Shown in pieces: positions 1 through 11,513 of a stretch of DNA of 30,707 nt. The notes beneath the pieces are model-generated. The model ran no database searches. It had not been told where the DNA came from and saw nothing but the letters and a program-made list of their open reading frames with translations. How positions within the stretch are numbered: the stretch's first letter is position 1; every line of letters begins with the position of its first letter. The position numbers were made by a program, and so were the translations under genes. Origin of the DNA: Rhizaria sp. SCN 62-66 (lineage: Eukaryota); the NCBI GenBank assembly GCA_001724265.1, contig MEDY01000071.1, forward strand, positions 62,001-92,707, read 5' to 3'.

Positions 1-2059
1 TGGGGCGGTCATACGTCGCGTCCTGCTTGTACCACACGCGCACCGCGGGCGCCGTCGCCGTCTCCGGGATCGCGGCCAGCGCGGCCGCGGCGGCGGCGTC
101 GGGAGAGGCGTCGCCCGTGGAGGCCGCGGTGGCCGCCGCGAGGGCCGGAGCGGCGATGGTGTCGACCTCGTGGATGATGACGGGGGGAGCGATGTGCACG
201 ACGGAGTCCTCGGGCACGGTGTCGACGAAGGCGCCACCGTTAAGGTCGTAGAAGGGCTTGAGCTTGAGTGTCTCCTTGGTGGGGAGCCACTTGTTCTTCT
301 CGGGCAGCGCGAAAACATCGCTGGCCTGCGCCAGGAGACTCTTCTGGCCGGGGGCAGCGAAGCGGGCCCAGAGGTCCTTCTGCTCCTCGTTGAAGGAGCG
401 GATGCCGAACTTGATGTTGTAGTGGTGCTCCGTCTGGTCCAGGGTGACGCCGAAGAGCGTGTCAACCTTAGGAGCAGAGATAAAGAGGGTCATCTTGCTG
501 GGAGTGAAGGCGTCAAGCATAGCCGTGACGTCCTTCGCGGACCACTGGTGGAAGAGCACATCGCCCGACACGACATGCTCGCGACGCTGCCAGCGCATCG
601 ACGCGGAGAGACGCGAGACAACCTTGCGCGGGTCGGCCTTGGGCTGCCAGTTGAAGCCGAGCTCGGCGATCTTGGCCATCTCGTCGTAGCGCCACTGCTC
701 CACGCCCTGGGCGCGGACCACCGAGAGGTACTGGTACACGGCGGCGATGATCTCGTCCGCGTGCGGCACGCCGCGCGCAGTCATCGTCACGTCCACAGTG
801 AACAGTCCAAAGGTGTGCGCGTTGACCTGGAGCCCGGCGTTGAGGGCGGTGATCCAGCCCTTAGCGCGCAGCAGCGAGACGAGCGAGCCCGCGCCGTCGG
901 CCTCGATGAGGTGCGCGATGTAGGACGCCGCGTTAGTCTCGTAGCTCGCGATCTGCGACGGGACGGGCCACTGCAGAGACAGCGTCTGCTCGCGGCGCAC
1001 GGGTGCGTAGTAGACGGTGGAGCCGACCAGGGACGCGTTGTACACAGTGGCGTGCGTGTCGTTGTACTTGACGGAGCGCGAGTGCGCAGGGCGCTCACCG
1101 CTGGGGCGGACCTCGGAGAAGGTCTGGTCGACCCACATGGCGAGGGTCTTGAGCTCGTGGCCGCCTAGCACGACGACGCGCATGTTGCCCGCGGTGTAGA
1201 ACTCCTCCCAGAGCTTGACGAGCTCGGCGCGGAGGCGTTCCTTGGGGTGCGCGCCCAGCGTCTCGACGGAGCCGGTGCCGAACTTGGAATAGGGCGACGA
1301 GGGCGACGCGACGTGGCGACGGATCTGCTGCGAGCGCCAGCCGTCAGACTCAATGTTCTTGCGGTGCTCGGCGTTGACGGCGTTCATCTCGCGGTCCGTG
1401 TTATCGACAGAGAGCGAGGGCGCGATGAAGAACTGGGCGAAGTGGTCGAGGCCATCCTTGAGGTACGAGGGGAACACGTCGAAGTAGTAGTTGGTGTTCT
1501 CCATCGAGGTGTATGCGTTATTACCGCCGCCGTGCTTCTGGATGTAGGACTCGAAGGCGTTCTCGGAAGGGTACTTCTTGGTGCCGAGGAAGAGCATGTG
1601 CTCGAGGAAGTGGGCGAGGCCAGCAACGTCAGACGGGTCGTTGAAGTAGCCGACGCCGACATCGACGGAGCAGGCAGCCTTGCCGGTGTCGGGGTCTGAG
1701 ATGAGGAGAACCTCGAGACCGTTCGCGAGACGGATCTGCGCGTACTTGTTCGTGTCCATCTCACCGGATTCGATGGTGGCGTCGCCAGAGTTGTTGAGAC
1801 CCGGGTAGTTGGGGATCTTGGACTCGTCCAGGGTGCCCGCGCCAACACTGTCAAGCATGGTCTTGGCCTTGTTGGTGGGCTTAGCCTGCGCAGCGTCCAA
1901 GCGCATGTAGTTGCGGAGGCCATCACCACGGCGAAGCGGGATGTTCTCGTAGCCCTCAAGCTCCACCACGTTCTCCGAGAAGAGGCCATGGTTAAGCCCC
2001 GTCGCGGCTACAACCGCGACCAGTGCCATCAACAGTGCCAAAAGCACATGCTGTGACAT
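1..2059 (-). CDS. IDE: Insulin-degrading-enzyme-like M16A zinc metallopeptidase (insulinase) with N-terminal signal peptide; 3' end runs off the window
   Basis: Stop-free frame from ATG 2059 to the window edge, so it is absent from the ORF track. Translation MSQHVLLALLMALVAVVAATG...LANGLEVLLISDPDTGKAACSVDVGVGYFNDPSDVAGLAHFLEHMLFLGTKKYPSEN...GGGNNAYTSMENTNYYF...DREMNAVNAEHRKN; inverted zinc motif HFLEH at 1598-1612; ...RVWYKQDATYDRP at the edge. Confidence 0.93.
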   Translation of the reverse strand, partial: MSQHVLLALLMALVAVVAATGLNHGLFSENVVELEGYENIPLRRGDGLRNYMRLDAAQAKPTNKAKTMLDSVGAGTLDESKIPNYPGLNNSGDATIESGEMDTNKYAQIRLANGLEVLLISDPDTGKAACSVDVGVGYFNDPSDVAGLAHFLEHMLFLGTKKYPSENAFESYIQKHGGGNNAYTSMENTNYYFDVFPSYLKDGLDHFAQFFIAPSLSVDNTDREMNAVNAEHRKNIESDGWRSQQIRRHVASPSSPYSKFGTGSVETLGAHPKERLRAELVKLWEEFYTAGNMRVVVLGGHELKTLAMWVDQTFSEVRPSGERPAHSRSVKYNDTHATVYNASLVGSTVYYAPVRREQTLSLQWPVPSQIASYETNAASYIAHLIEADGAGSLVSLLRAKGWITALNAGLQVNAHTFGLFTVDVTMTARGVPHADEIIAAVYQYLSVVRAQGVEQWRYDEMAKIAELGFNWQPKADPRKVVSRLSASMRWQRREHVVSGDVLFHQWSAKDVTAMLDAFTPSKMTLFISAPKVDTLFGVTLDQTEHHYNIKFGIRSFNEEQKDLWARFAAPGQKSLLAQASDVFALPEKNKWLPTKETLKLKPFYDLNGGAFVDTVPEDSVVHIAPPVIIHEVDTIAAPALAAATAASTGDASPDAAAAAALAAIPETATAPAVRVWYKQDATYDRP

Positions 2060-2618
2060 GATTCACTGTAAATGTGCAAACCAAAAGTAGTGAAATGTGC
2101 AAGCAAAGTGAGACACAGAAAGTATAAACCAATGAGTGGGGCCTCCCTTGGGATGGATGGTTCGACGGCAAATAACATCATGTAAAAGAACATTCCCGTC
2201 AGCCTATACAAGTGTCTGGGAAGTATATGATTTTTTAGTGGGTACAATATCGTGTCGAATCACTCTTAAAAGGAAAACCGGAAACTATTCCCCTCTAATA
2301 GATGGCTAAGGTCGTGTCGTCACTCGGCCTCCCCTCCTTCACGATTCCCTCTCGACGATTTTTTGCGAACCGTTCCTGCCAGACAGAGTGATTCTTCTCG
2401 ACGTCAAGGAAGCAAACTTCCGTGTCCTGTAGCCGACCATATGATCGTTCTAATGAAAATGTTTTTTACTAATCAGTATTTCTGTAATGCATTCTTTGTA
2501 TCCATGTAATAATATGTTCTATCATGCCACCTATATCTCCCCGCACCACATTCTGCGAAGATGCTTTGCTCACAGTGCGCGACGCTTTTCCCCCGCTATT
2601 GCTTCCGCGCAGACCCCA

Positions 2619-4547
2619 ATGAGTTCCCTCAACACTCTTGTGTACCAGTACATGATGAGCAAGGGCTTGATCCGCGCGGCCAAGGAGTTCGCCAAGGAGT
2701 CCGGTGTGGCCTCCAACATTGAAGCCAGTGCCATGCTCGAGGCCATCTACAACACGTTCGAGGAGAAGACCGCCGGCCCCAGCGACAAGCGCGCCAAGAA
2801 GGCCGGCGCCAAGGACAGCGACCGCGTCGTTCAGCTCGGCAAGGGCAAGGGCTCCGACTCGGACTCTAGCTCCGACTCCGATTCCGATTCCTCTGATTCC
2901 GACTCGGATGCGAAGCCCGCTGCCAAGAAGGTTGCCGCCCCCGCCGCCAAGAAGGCTGACTCAGACTCGGACTCCTCGGACTCTGACTCCTCTGATTCGG
3001 ACGCGAAGCCCGCTGCTAAGAAGGCCCCCGTCGCCGCCGCCAAGCACGCTGTGAAGAAGCCTATGACCGACTCGGACTCCTCCGACTCCTCCGACTCGTC
3101 CGACTCTGACGCTAAGCCCGCTGCCAAGCCCGTCGCCAAGGCTGCCCCTGCCGCCAAGAAGCCCGCTTCCGACTCCGATTCTGACTCGGACTCGTCCGAC
3201 TCTGATGCAAAGCCCGCCGCCAAGCCCGCTGCTAAGGCCGCTCCCGCTAAGAAGCCTGTTTCCGACTCGGACTCCTCGGACTCTGATTCCTCCGACTCAG
3301 ACGCCAAGCCTGCCACTAAGTCCGCTTCTAAGCCTGCTGTTAAGCCTGCTGCTAAGAAGCCCGTCTCCGATTCCGACTCCGACTCTGATTCCTCGGACTC
3401 GGACGCTAAGCCCGCTGCTAAGCCTGCTGTTAAGCCTGCTGCTAAGAAGCCCGTCTCCGAATCCGACTCCGACTCTGATTCCTCGGACTCGGACGCTAAG
3501 CCCGCTGCTAAGCCCGCTGCTAAGCCTGCTGCCAAGGCCGCCGTCCCTGCTGCGAAGAAGCCTGTTTCTGATTCGGATTCGGATTCGGACTCCTCTGACT
3601 CCGATGCTAAGCCTGCTGCCAAGCCTGCTGCTAAGCCCGCTGTCACGGCCAAGAAGCCCGTCTCTGACTCCGACTCTTCTAGTGACTCTGACTCCTCGGA
3701 CTCTGATGCTAAGCCCGCCGCCAAGAAGCCTGTCGTGGCTGCCAAGCCCGCCGTTGCGTCCAAGAAGGCCTCTGTCTCCTCCGGCTCCGACTCCGACTCC
3801 GACTCGTCTGACTCTGATGCCAAGCCCGTCGCCAAGAAGGCCGCCCCTGTTGCTGCTGCGAAGATGCCAGTCTCGGACTCCGACTCGGATTCCGACTCTG
3901 ACTCTTCGTCGTCTGTGTCTGATGCTAAGCCCGCTGCTAAGCCCGCTGCCAAGGCTGCTCCCGCTGCTGCTGCGAAGCCTGCTGCCAAAAAGCCTGTCTC
4001 GGACTCTGACTCCAGCTCCGATTCCGACTCTGATTCTGATTAGGATGCTAAGCCCGTTGCCAAGAAGGCCATTGCGCCCATGAAGATGGCCGCTGCAAGC
4101 GACAGTGACAGCGACTCCGACGCGAAGCCTGCTGTGAAGAAGGCTGCGCCCCTGAAGATGGCCGCTGACAGCGACTCCGACTCCGACTCTGACTCGAGTA
4201 GCAGCAGCTCCGATTCCGAATCTGAAGACGAGGCCCCTAAGAACAAGAAGGCCGCCGCCAAGACCCCCGCGCGCTCTGCGACGTCGGACCGCATTGTGGG
4301 CTCGGCCAACAACACGCCGTTCCGCCGCGTCGCCGACTCTGAGGCGGAGGAGCTGCACCCTCTGATGCGCAACAACTCCTACGCTGCACAGAAGTCCATC
4401 GGTGCCGCCACCCTTTTTGGCCAGAACGCCGACAACGTGCTGATCAAGACCCAGGGCAAGTCGTTCATCAAGGCCAAGAACAAGTTTAAGAACAACTACC
4501 GCGGCGGTGAGCTCGACTGCGTTGTGCGCAGTCACAAGTTCAACTGA
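2619..4547 (+). CDS. NOLC1: Nopp140/SRP40 nucleolar phosphoprotein (~642 aa) containing one in-frame TAG at 4041-4043
   Basis: N-terminal LisH-like MSSLNTLVYQYMMSKGLIRAAKEFAKESG; alternating Ser/Asp and Lys/Ala/Pro blocks; SRP40 C-terminal domain (TPFRRV...NNSY...LIKTQGKSFIKAKNKFKNNYRGGELDCVVRSHKFN) in the same frame after the TAG; ends TGA 4545-4547. Confidence 0.9.
2852..4230 (+). repeat. Coding tandem repeats of Nopp140: SDSDSDS..SDSDAKPAAKPAAK units
   Basis: Recurrent tccgactccgactctgat and gctaagcccgctgct blocks; near-identical units around 3330-3510. Confidence 0.9.
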
Positions 4548-4825
4548 GCATTAAACCTGATATGATGGTCGAACAAAACAATCCGCTGGTGGTTTGTTTC
4601 GTTGTGCATGTCTGCCGAGCTTCACAAATCTCCTTATCTTTATCATGACGTCCAGTTGATGCCGAAGGTGGCCAAAGAATATAAACAATACAGAGAGAAA
4701 ACATTGAACACAATGCATGCACAACACACGAACTACCATGGACTGGTGTAGATTAAAAATGACTATTGTATACATTGTAGACTAGATAAACGAGCTCATG
4801 TGTGTGTAAATACATCAACGGGAGC

Positions 4826-7800
4826 TCATTCTAACTCGGCAGTCGTCGTCGCCTCCGCACTGCTGTTCGTCGTCGTGCTCGCTGGCACAGCCGCTGCCTT
4901 CGCCATCGCTGCAGCAACTGCAGCACTGACGACGGGCAGCTCGCCTGCGGCCTTGCCGGGTGGCGCGCTCTGCGGCTGCGCACTGAGCCCCGCGCTCATA
5001 ATGAGGTTCACCGGCAGCGCGGTCTGGATAACGTGCTGCACGCGCCGCCGCAGCCGCGAAAGCTCTTGGTCAACCATCTGCATCCGCACCGGCAACGACA
5101 AACCGTCCCCAGCGCCTGTCGCAGCAGCTGCTGCTGCTCCTGCGCCGGACGCTGCTGCGCCCGCGGCGGCTGCGGCCCCGCTGGCAACTGCGCGCGCGGC
5201 CTCGATGCGGCCGTTGAGAGCGGCCATCTCGCGGCCCACGGTCATCATCGCCGCGGTCTGCGCCTTGGCGTCGTTGCGCAGCGCCGCGATGTCGCCCGCC
5301 TGCTGCGTAGCAGTCGCCGTCAGCGCGGTAACCTGGCGCTCCAACGCGCTCGCGCGCGCCGCAGCCGTGGCCGCAGCGGTTGCAGACTCTTGCTGGAGCT
5401 TCGCCAGAGCAGCGCGGAGGGCCTCCGCTGCCGCCGCCTCGGCCGCGCGCTCGTCCGCACGCTCATCAGCTTCGCGGCGCGCGTTAGTCACAGCGGCGGC
5501 GAGATCAGCGTCAGCCTGCGCAGCACGACGCGAGGCCTGCATGCGCTCAGCTGTCGCGTCTGCAGTCGCGGTCTCGAGCTGTGCGCGCGTGGCCGCGGCA
5601 CGGGCCAGCTCGCCCTCGAGCTCGGCGACGCGCTCCTGCAATCGCTCGCGCTGCGCACGCTCCCAGCGCTCCGCGGCAGCCGCCACATCGGCCTCGGCGC
5701 GCGCGGCTGCTGCGTCCTGTGCCGTGCGTAGCTGCGACTGTGCGGCGCGCGCGAGCGCCGTTGTGGCGGCCAGTGAGCGTGCGGCGCGGTCAATGGTCGC
5801 CGCACGGGCCGTGGCCTGTTCCTGTGCGAGTGCAAGGCGCGTGGAGAGATCGTGGCCTTCGCGCAAATGACGCGCCTCCATGGCGCGCACACGGTCGATG
5901 AGCATGCGGATGTGTGCGAGGCCCTCCTGGTGCGACTGATGAGCCTCAGCATGCGACTGGCGCGCCGAGGTGAGCTCCTTCTCGGTGCCCCGCAGCTGCG
6001 CACGCAGAGCTCCAACAGCATGTGAGAGTTCTTCCTTGCCCATCTCTGCCAGCGCGAGCTGCAACACAAGGTCGTCGACCTGTGACTGGAACGCACGCGC
6101 CGCGCGCCGGTCGGACATCGTCCCCGCGCCAGCGCTGCCTGCACCCAGGTCCCCGTATACGCCCGCCGCGGCGAGACCCGTGGCCGCGGCGGTAGCTGCG
6201 GCGACGACGCCGCCCGCGGGCCGCGCGACATCATCAAGCACGTGGCGAGTGAGGTTGTACTCTGTGCCAAGCGCAGCGTACGCGGCCGCGGGGTCGAGCT
6301 GGGACTCATCACGCGCGCGCGTGACCGACGTCCAGTGGTAGAATGTCGACTCGCCGGAGCCCATGGCCCAGATGCGCCGCACAACAAGTGCGTCAGCAAC
6401 GACAAGCGCGTTCGAGTACTTCGCAGACGCCTGTAGCGTGCCACGAAAAGCCATTGTGCGCGCATCCCAGGTGTAGATGCGCGGGTCTTGTCCGCACGAC
6501 CACACTTGGTCCCCGACGAGTAGCAGGCACTGCACGCGCGCGCCGGGAAGCTCGACCGACGACAGTGGCACCGGCGCCGCGCCCAAGGTCCACGACGTGA
6601 TCACGCCCGTCTCCGTCGCCGTCCACACGGTGGAGCCCGTGGAGATGATTGACAGCACAGAGCCGCGGGCCAGGTCCAGCGCGGCCACGCACACGCCCGT
6701 GGAGAGGTCCCACAAACGCAGGACGCCGTCGTCGCCACCAGAGTAGAGCAGAGACAGCGCCGCTGGTCCGCGCGCGGCCGCGGCGTCAATCGCGGCGGCG
6801 GCGGTTGCGGCGTCCTTCGTGTTAGCTGCAGCAGTCGTCATCGCCGTGGACGTCACCGCTCCTGCTGCAGCCGCGTCACCCGCAGTGGTTGCAGCAGTGA
6901 CCGTAGATCCTGTCGGTGAAGGTGCAGGAACGATGGCATCAGTGGGAATCGCGCTGGCGCCGTCGGGCCTGACCGCAAGTCCGCATGACAATGGCAACAG
7001 ACTGCGCACGCCGTTCGTGTGTCCGACAAGCACACGCCTAAATGTGCCATCGCGACTCCACACCGCGATAGAGAAGTCCAGCGACGCTGTGACAACGCAC
7101 GTCGATGTGGGGGCAATCGCGGTGACACAGCCTGCGTGCAAGTGCAGAGTGCGCACGAGGCGGCGGTCCACGGCGCGGTACACCAGCACAGTGCCGCGGC
7201 GAGTGCCGACCCACACCGTATCAAACGGAAAGCCAGTATTAAGCTCTTCAGACAGCGGCGGTGCGACGGGCGATTGCTGTTGCTGCGCAGACGCATCGCC
7301 AGCACCATGGCCGGTTGCGTTGGCAGGAGAAGTGGTGGAGAGCTTTGAGGGCGACGCAGCAGAGGGCGAGAGCGCGCGCCTGCCGCCGGCCAAAGCGCCC
7401 TTGGCGTCGGCGCGGCGGGCTGCGCCGCCGCTGGCGTTGGTGGGCGAGGCTTTGCCCGAAAGTGTGCAGTCGCTCACCGTCGCAGCACCGGCATCACCAC
7501 CGTTGCCGTCACCGCCGTTATCATCGTCGTCATCGTCCTCGTCATCCTCGTTGTCGTCGCCGTCGTCACCACCGTCAAGCCCGTCGCCAGCGCTACCGCG
7601 ACCGCGGGCCTTGGCCGCCAACAGCAGCGCCAGACGTTCCGCGCGCACCACAGGATGGCCCACTGGGATTTTATTGACCGCAGTCAACTGCGCCAGATTG
7701 AGATTGCCGGCGCCACCAGCGGACCCTGCGTTGCTCGCTCCAGCACCGGCCTTGCCCTGTCCGCGAGCGCGACGCGACGCCGCACGGCCTCCTGCAGCAG

Positions 7801-10800
7801 CCACCGCGGTCGAAGCGTCCTCGTCGTCGCCGCCAGCCTCACCCTTGGCAGCGCCGCTGCCGCTGGCATTGCTGTTCGAGTTTGCGTTGTTGGCGCCCTT
7901 GCGCTTCTTGCCGCCTGCAGCAGCGGCGCGCTCCCACTCGGCCAGCGCGCGCTCGTCCGCGGGCACGCCGCCGACGGGCACGAACGCCACACAGGCGGCG
8001 ACGTCCTGCGGCGAGAGACTGGCCAGCACAGCGCCCGTCTTGGGGTCGCGCACCGTCACGCCGCCCGCGCGCTCGACGCACCACATGGCGCCCGCCGCGC
8101 GCACGGCGCCACGCAGCGAGGACGACGGCGTCGCGCCCGCCAGCGCCTGCTGTGGCTCCAGGGCCTGCCACTGGGACACGCTGCCCGCGGCGGGCGACAG
8201 CGGCGACGGGGCGCTCGCGCCGGACCCCGGGCCAGCGCCAGCGCCGGCGCCGGCAGCACCGGAGCGAGTGCCGGCGCGGGCGCCGCGTGCGTTCACGCCA
8301 GCGTTCGCGGCGCTTGAGTTGGACGTCGCGGCGGCGGAGTCGCGCTGCTTGCGGTGCGAAGATGACGCGCGCGAACCTGCGCCAGCGCCAGTGCCACGCG
8401 CGCCAGCGCCGCCGCCGGTCGCGCCAGCGGCGTGTGTGGAAGTGCGGGAAGGGGAGCGCGAAGGCGACCGAGCGGGACCCTCGCGCGACACTGCGCCGCC
8501 GCGCCGGCCCGGCTCCGCAGCAGCGCTAGCAGCAGTAGAGCCTGTGATGGCGGGCACACCGGCGGCCGCGATGACGGCGGCAGCCGCGGCAGCCGCGGCC
8601 GCGCGCCTCTCGAGCGCAGCACCCGCGGCGGGGCCTAGGTAGCGCCGCGCGAGCCGCAGCAGCAGCCCGCCGACGCGCGACGCCACCGCGGGGTCTGCGG
8701 AGGCGCGGGCGCGGAGCCCGCCGGCGACGCCGGGCAGCGCGACACGGGTCACACCCGGGCCGCCCGCGGCGGCGGACGCGGCGGCAGCGGCCGCGGCAGC
8801 GTCAGCGGCGGCGAGCGCGGGCAGCGAGGCCGTCGCAGGGCGGGCCGGCGCCGCAAGGGGCGCCGAGGACAGCAGGCTCGTGCTAAGACTGGCCGCGGCG
8901 GCCGCGGCGGCAGAGGACGCCGAGGCCGAGGCCGCCGTGGCGGAGGCGGCGGCGGCGACAGTGGCGAAGGCGGCCGCAGGGTCCGCCTCGTCGGCCTCGA
9001 CGGGGACGCGGATGAGCCGGAAGCCCGCGGGCATGCGGACGCGCAGCCGCAGCAGGTCGTCGACGTTGAGGATGCTGTCTTCGCCGTCCGCACTCGTGAC
9101 GCGCGGCGCAACCGCGACAGTCGAGCTAGCTGCAGCAGCAGAGTCAAACGCGTTAGCATCAGTCTGGCCGTGGCTCGGGTGGCGCGCGGCAAGAGACGGC
9201 GCGGCAGGGACAACGCCAAAGCCAGACTGTTGTTGCGGCTGCGATGGAGCGTTGGTGACCGTGGCCGCGACGGTCGCTGCGACCGTGGCGGCCACAGTGG
9301 GTGGGAGCGGCCCGGCGTGTTGCGCCTTGCCGAATGAGGTTCCATCCCAGGGCAGTACGGCCGCGGCGTCGGCGGCGTCTTCCGCGGCAGCGCGCTCGGC
9401 CGCACTCAGTCCTGCGCCTGCGCCGGCTTGACTGTGGCCATGCAAACGCGCGCTCGCGAGATTCGCGTTGCTGTTTGGAGCAAAAAACGCGCTGTCGCTG
9501 CCGTCATCAGCGGGCGCAACGCCGCTAGCACCGCCAGCAGCACCAGCACCAGCGCCAGCGCCGGCGCCGACGCCGGGGCGGGGCACAGCGACGCCGCCTG
9601 CGGTGGAGGAGGCCGCGTAAGTGTTGTGGAAGCGCGCTGAGATGGGCCCGCGCAGCAGCACGGCGCGGCGTGCGCTCGCCTGCCTTTGCTGGCCCTGCTC
9701 GACGCCGTGGCTGTGGCCTTCAGCGGCAGCAAGCAAGGCGGCGGCGGCCGAGGTAGTGGTGGCTCCGGCCACAGCGGCGGCGGCGGCGCGGGCCGCAGCG
9801 AGGTCGAGCGGGGCAAGCGCGCCCGCGCCCCACTGCGTCGGCGTCGCGGCGCAGTGCGGCGGCAGCGCTGCCTGGGTCGAGCCCGCGCCGCTGGAGCCCG
9901 AAGCGGCGGCGGAGACGGCCAGGAATCGGGTCAGACGGAGCGAGGCTGGGATCGCGGCGGCCGCAGCTACAGCGGCCGAGGACACATCGTTGTTCTGCGC
10001 GGCCGCTGCGGCCGGTGATGAGCTGCTGGTGGGGCCAGGGAGCAGTGGGATCGAGTACGTCGGGGGGTACTGAGGGGCCGCAGACGCAGCGCTGGCATTA
10101 GGAAGCCCGCCATGTCCGCGCGTATTGCTTATGATTGCGGCGCGCGAGATGCCCGGCACGACAATCCCCGGTACACCCGCAGCCGCGGCAGGCATGGGGG
10201 CACCGCGCACGTGCGGCAGCACCGCGCCGTCCGCAGTCGTCGCGGTGGGCGAGCTGTCTGCCGCTCCCGCGGAGGACGGCATGGGCCGCTGCGGGGCCGA
10301 CGTGAGCGGCATACGCAGGTCGGAGCGCGGGTTGAACGGCCGAGCCGCGTCCCAGCGCACCGCAGCGGAGTCGACCCCCGTGGCGTCGCCGGTGGCCGTC
10401 GCCGTGGCGTGCAGCGGCGGTGGGGGCGGCTGGAGCTGGGAGCCGAGCGTGGCGGCGAGTCCTTCGACTGAGGAGTTCATGACGCGCGTCGTAGTATTGT
10501 TCGCAAGTGACGGCATGTCGGGCGCCAGGTAGAACGGCGCGCCCACGTGTGCCGCGTGCTGCACAGCAGAACTAGTAAGGAACGGGAACACCTCGCGCAG
10601 TGCCGCCTGCAGCGCGGTCGGTGTGCGCAGCGTGTCAACTGCGATCGCGGCTGGGGCAGTGAAGCGCGAGGAGATGCCAGAGTCTGCGCTCTCGGACGCT
10701 GCAGCTGCCAACGCGGCAAAGGCGTCATCGGGGCCCGTAGTCGCCATAGGCGCAGCGGGAAACGCAGGAGACGAGCTGGCATTCAGGGCCGCTGCAGAAA

Positions 10801-11095
10801 TTGGAGGCGCAGAAGTGCGATTTGCTGAACTTAGCGGTTGTGGCTGCATGGGGAACGTGTCGTTGGGGCTGTCGAACTCTGGCGACGGAAGCGCAACCAG
10901 GTCCTCGTTGGAACCTAAATGCTGCTGCTGTTGCTGTTGTGTCTCAATGTGGGATGTGAGAGAAACCGCAAGGTCGTCAGGGGACAATGTGGGAATCTCG
11001 GTAGCCGTTTCTGTCTGGGCAAAAGGCGAAAGCATGTCAACGCCTCCCAAGTCGGACGGGCCAAAGCCATCCTCGTCGGACTAGGCAAACGACAT
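4826..11095 (-). CDS. Large Ala-rich protein with WD40 beta-propeller and C-terminal coiled coil (~2089 aa from ATG 11095 if TAG 11081-11083 is read; otherwise start at ATG 11035)
   Basis: 6.2-kb uninterrupted frame ending TGA 4826-4828. WD40-type strings VWVGTRRGTVLVY, HAGCVTAIA..VVTASLDFSIAVWS, LVGHTNGVRSL, LLYSGGDDGVLRLWDLSTGVC, VWSCGQDPRIYTWD; E/R/A/Q-rich helical C-terminal region. Confidence 0.8.
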
Positions 11096-11513
11096 GGAAC
11101 TATGTGCGGAAAGCTGGGCCAATGGCTCAACAGCAAGGCTCCAAGCAGAGGTGCTGAGTGCAAGAGACTTGAACGGAGGTGAAGTCTGCTATCAGTCTGT
11201 GGAGTACATGATGGCAATAAAGTGAAGAGATGTAAGGCCAACCATCCGTCAGTACAGGATTCATTAGAAATCAAAATGGGCTAGTGCAGATAAATATATG
11301 TACATAAAATTGCAAGGAATATCATTGCGTATATGAGGATATAACCGCAGTAACATGGTAAATCGATAGGTGACCGTGAGCAGTAGCTCACAGTCAGTCC
11401 GCGGCCTGACTTCAAGGCAGTCCCACCGTCGTCCAGTTCCAAGGAGGCCACCCTGGTCTCGAGACGCCCCCTTCGAAAGCCCTTTTGCCGCCAATTGAGA
11501 GGAATATCGAACC

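Noticed and set aside
170-1699. Long + strand ORFs (332 aa, 150 aa), and similar antisense ORFs over the other GC-rich genes (e.g. 3297..4535, 6819..8642, 11846..12970, 18045..19382, 19401..20675, 23508..24581)
   Set aside because: Shadow frames produced by high GC and strong codon bias; the opposite strand carries the recognisable domains.
2487-2618. ORF-track N-terminal extension of Nopp140, and likewise 11738-11885, 20717-20774 and 22941-23042
   Set aside because: Lower-GC or pyrimidine-rich sequence bounded by splice signals; intron or UTR rather than coding.
4041-4044. TAG|G as a splice acceptor removing the Nopp140 stop
   Set aside because: No consensus donor or intron-like composition upstream; the repeat register continues unbroken.
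2852-4230. Regular repeats as a CRISPR array or satellite
   Set aside because: Units are in-frame, vary at synonymous positions and encode Nopp140 repeats; there are no unique spacers.
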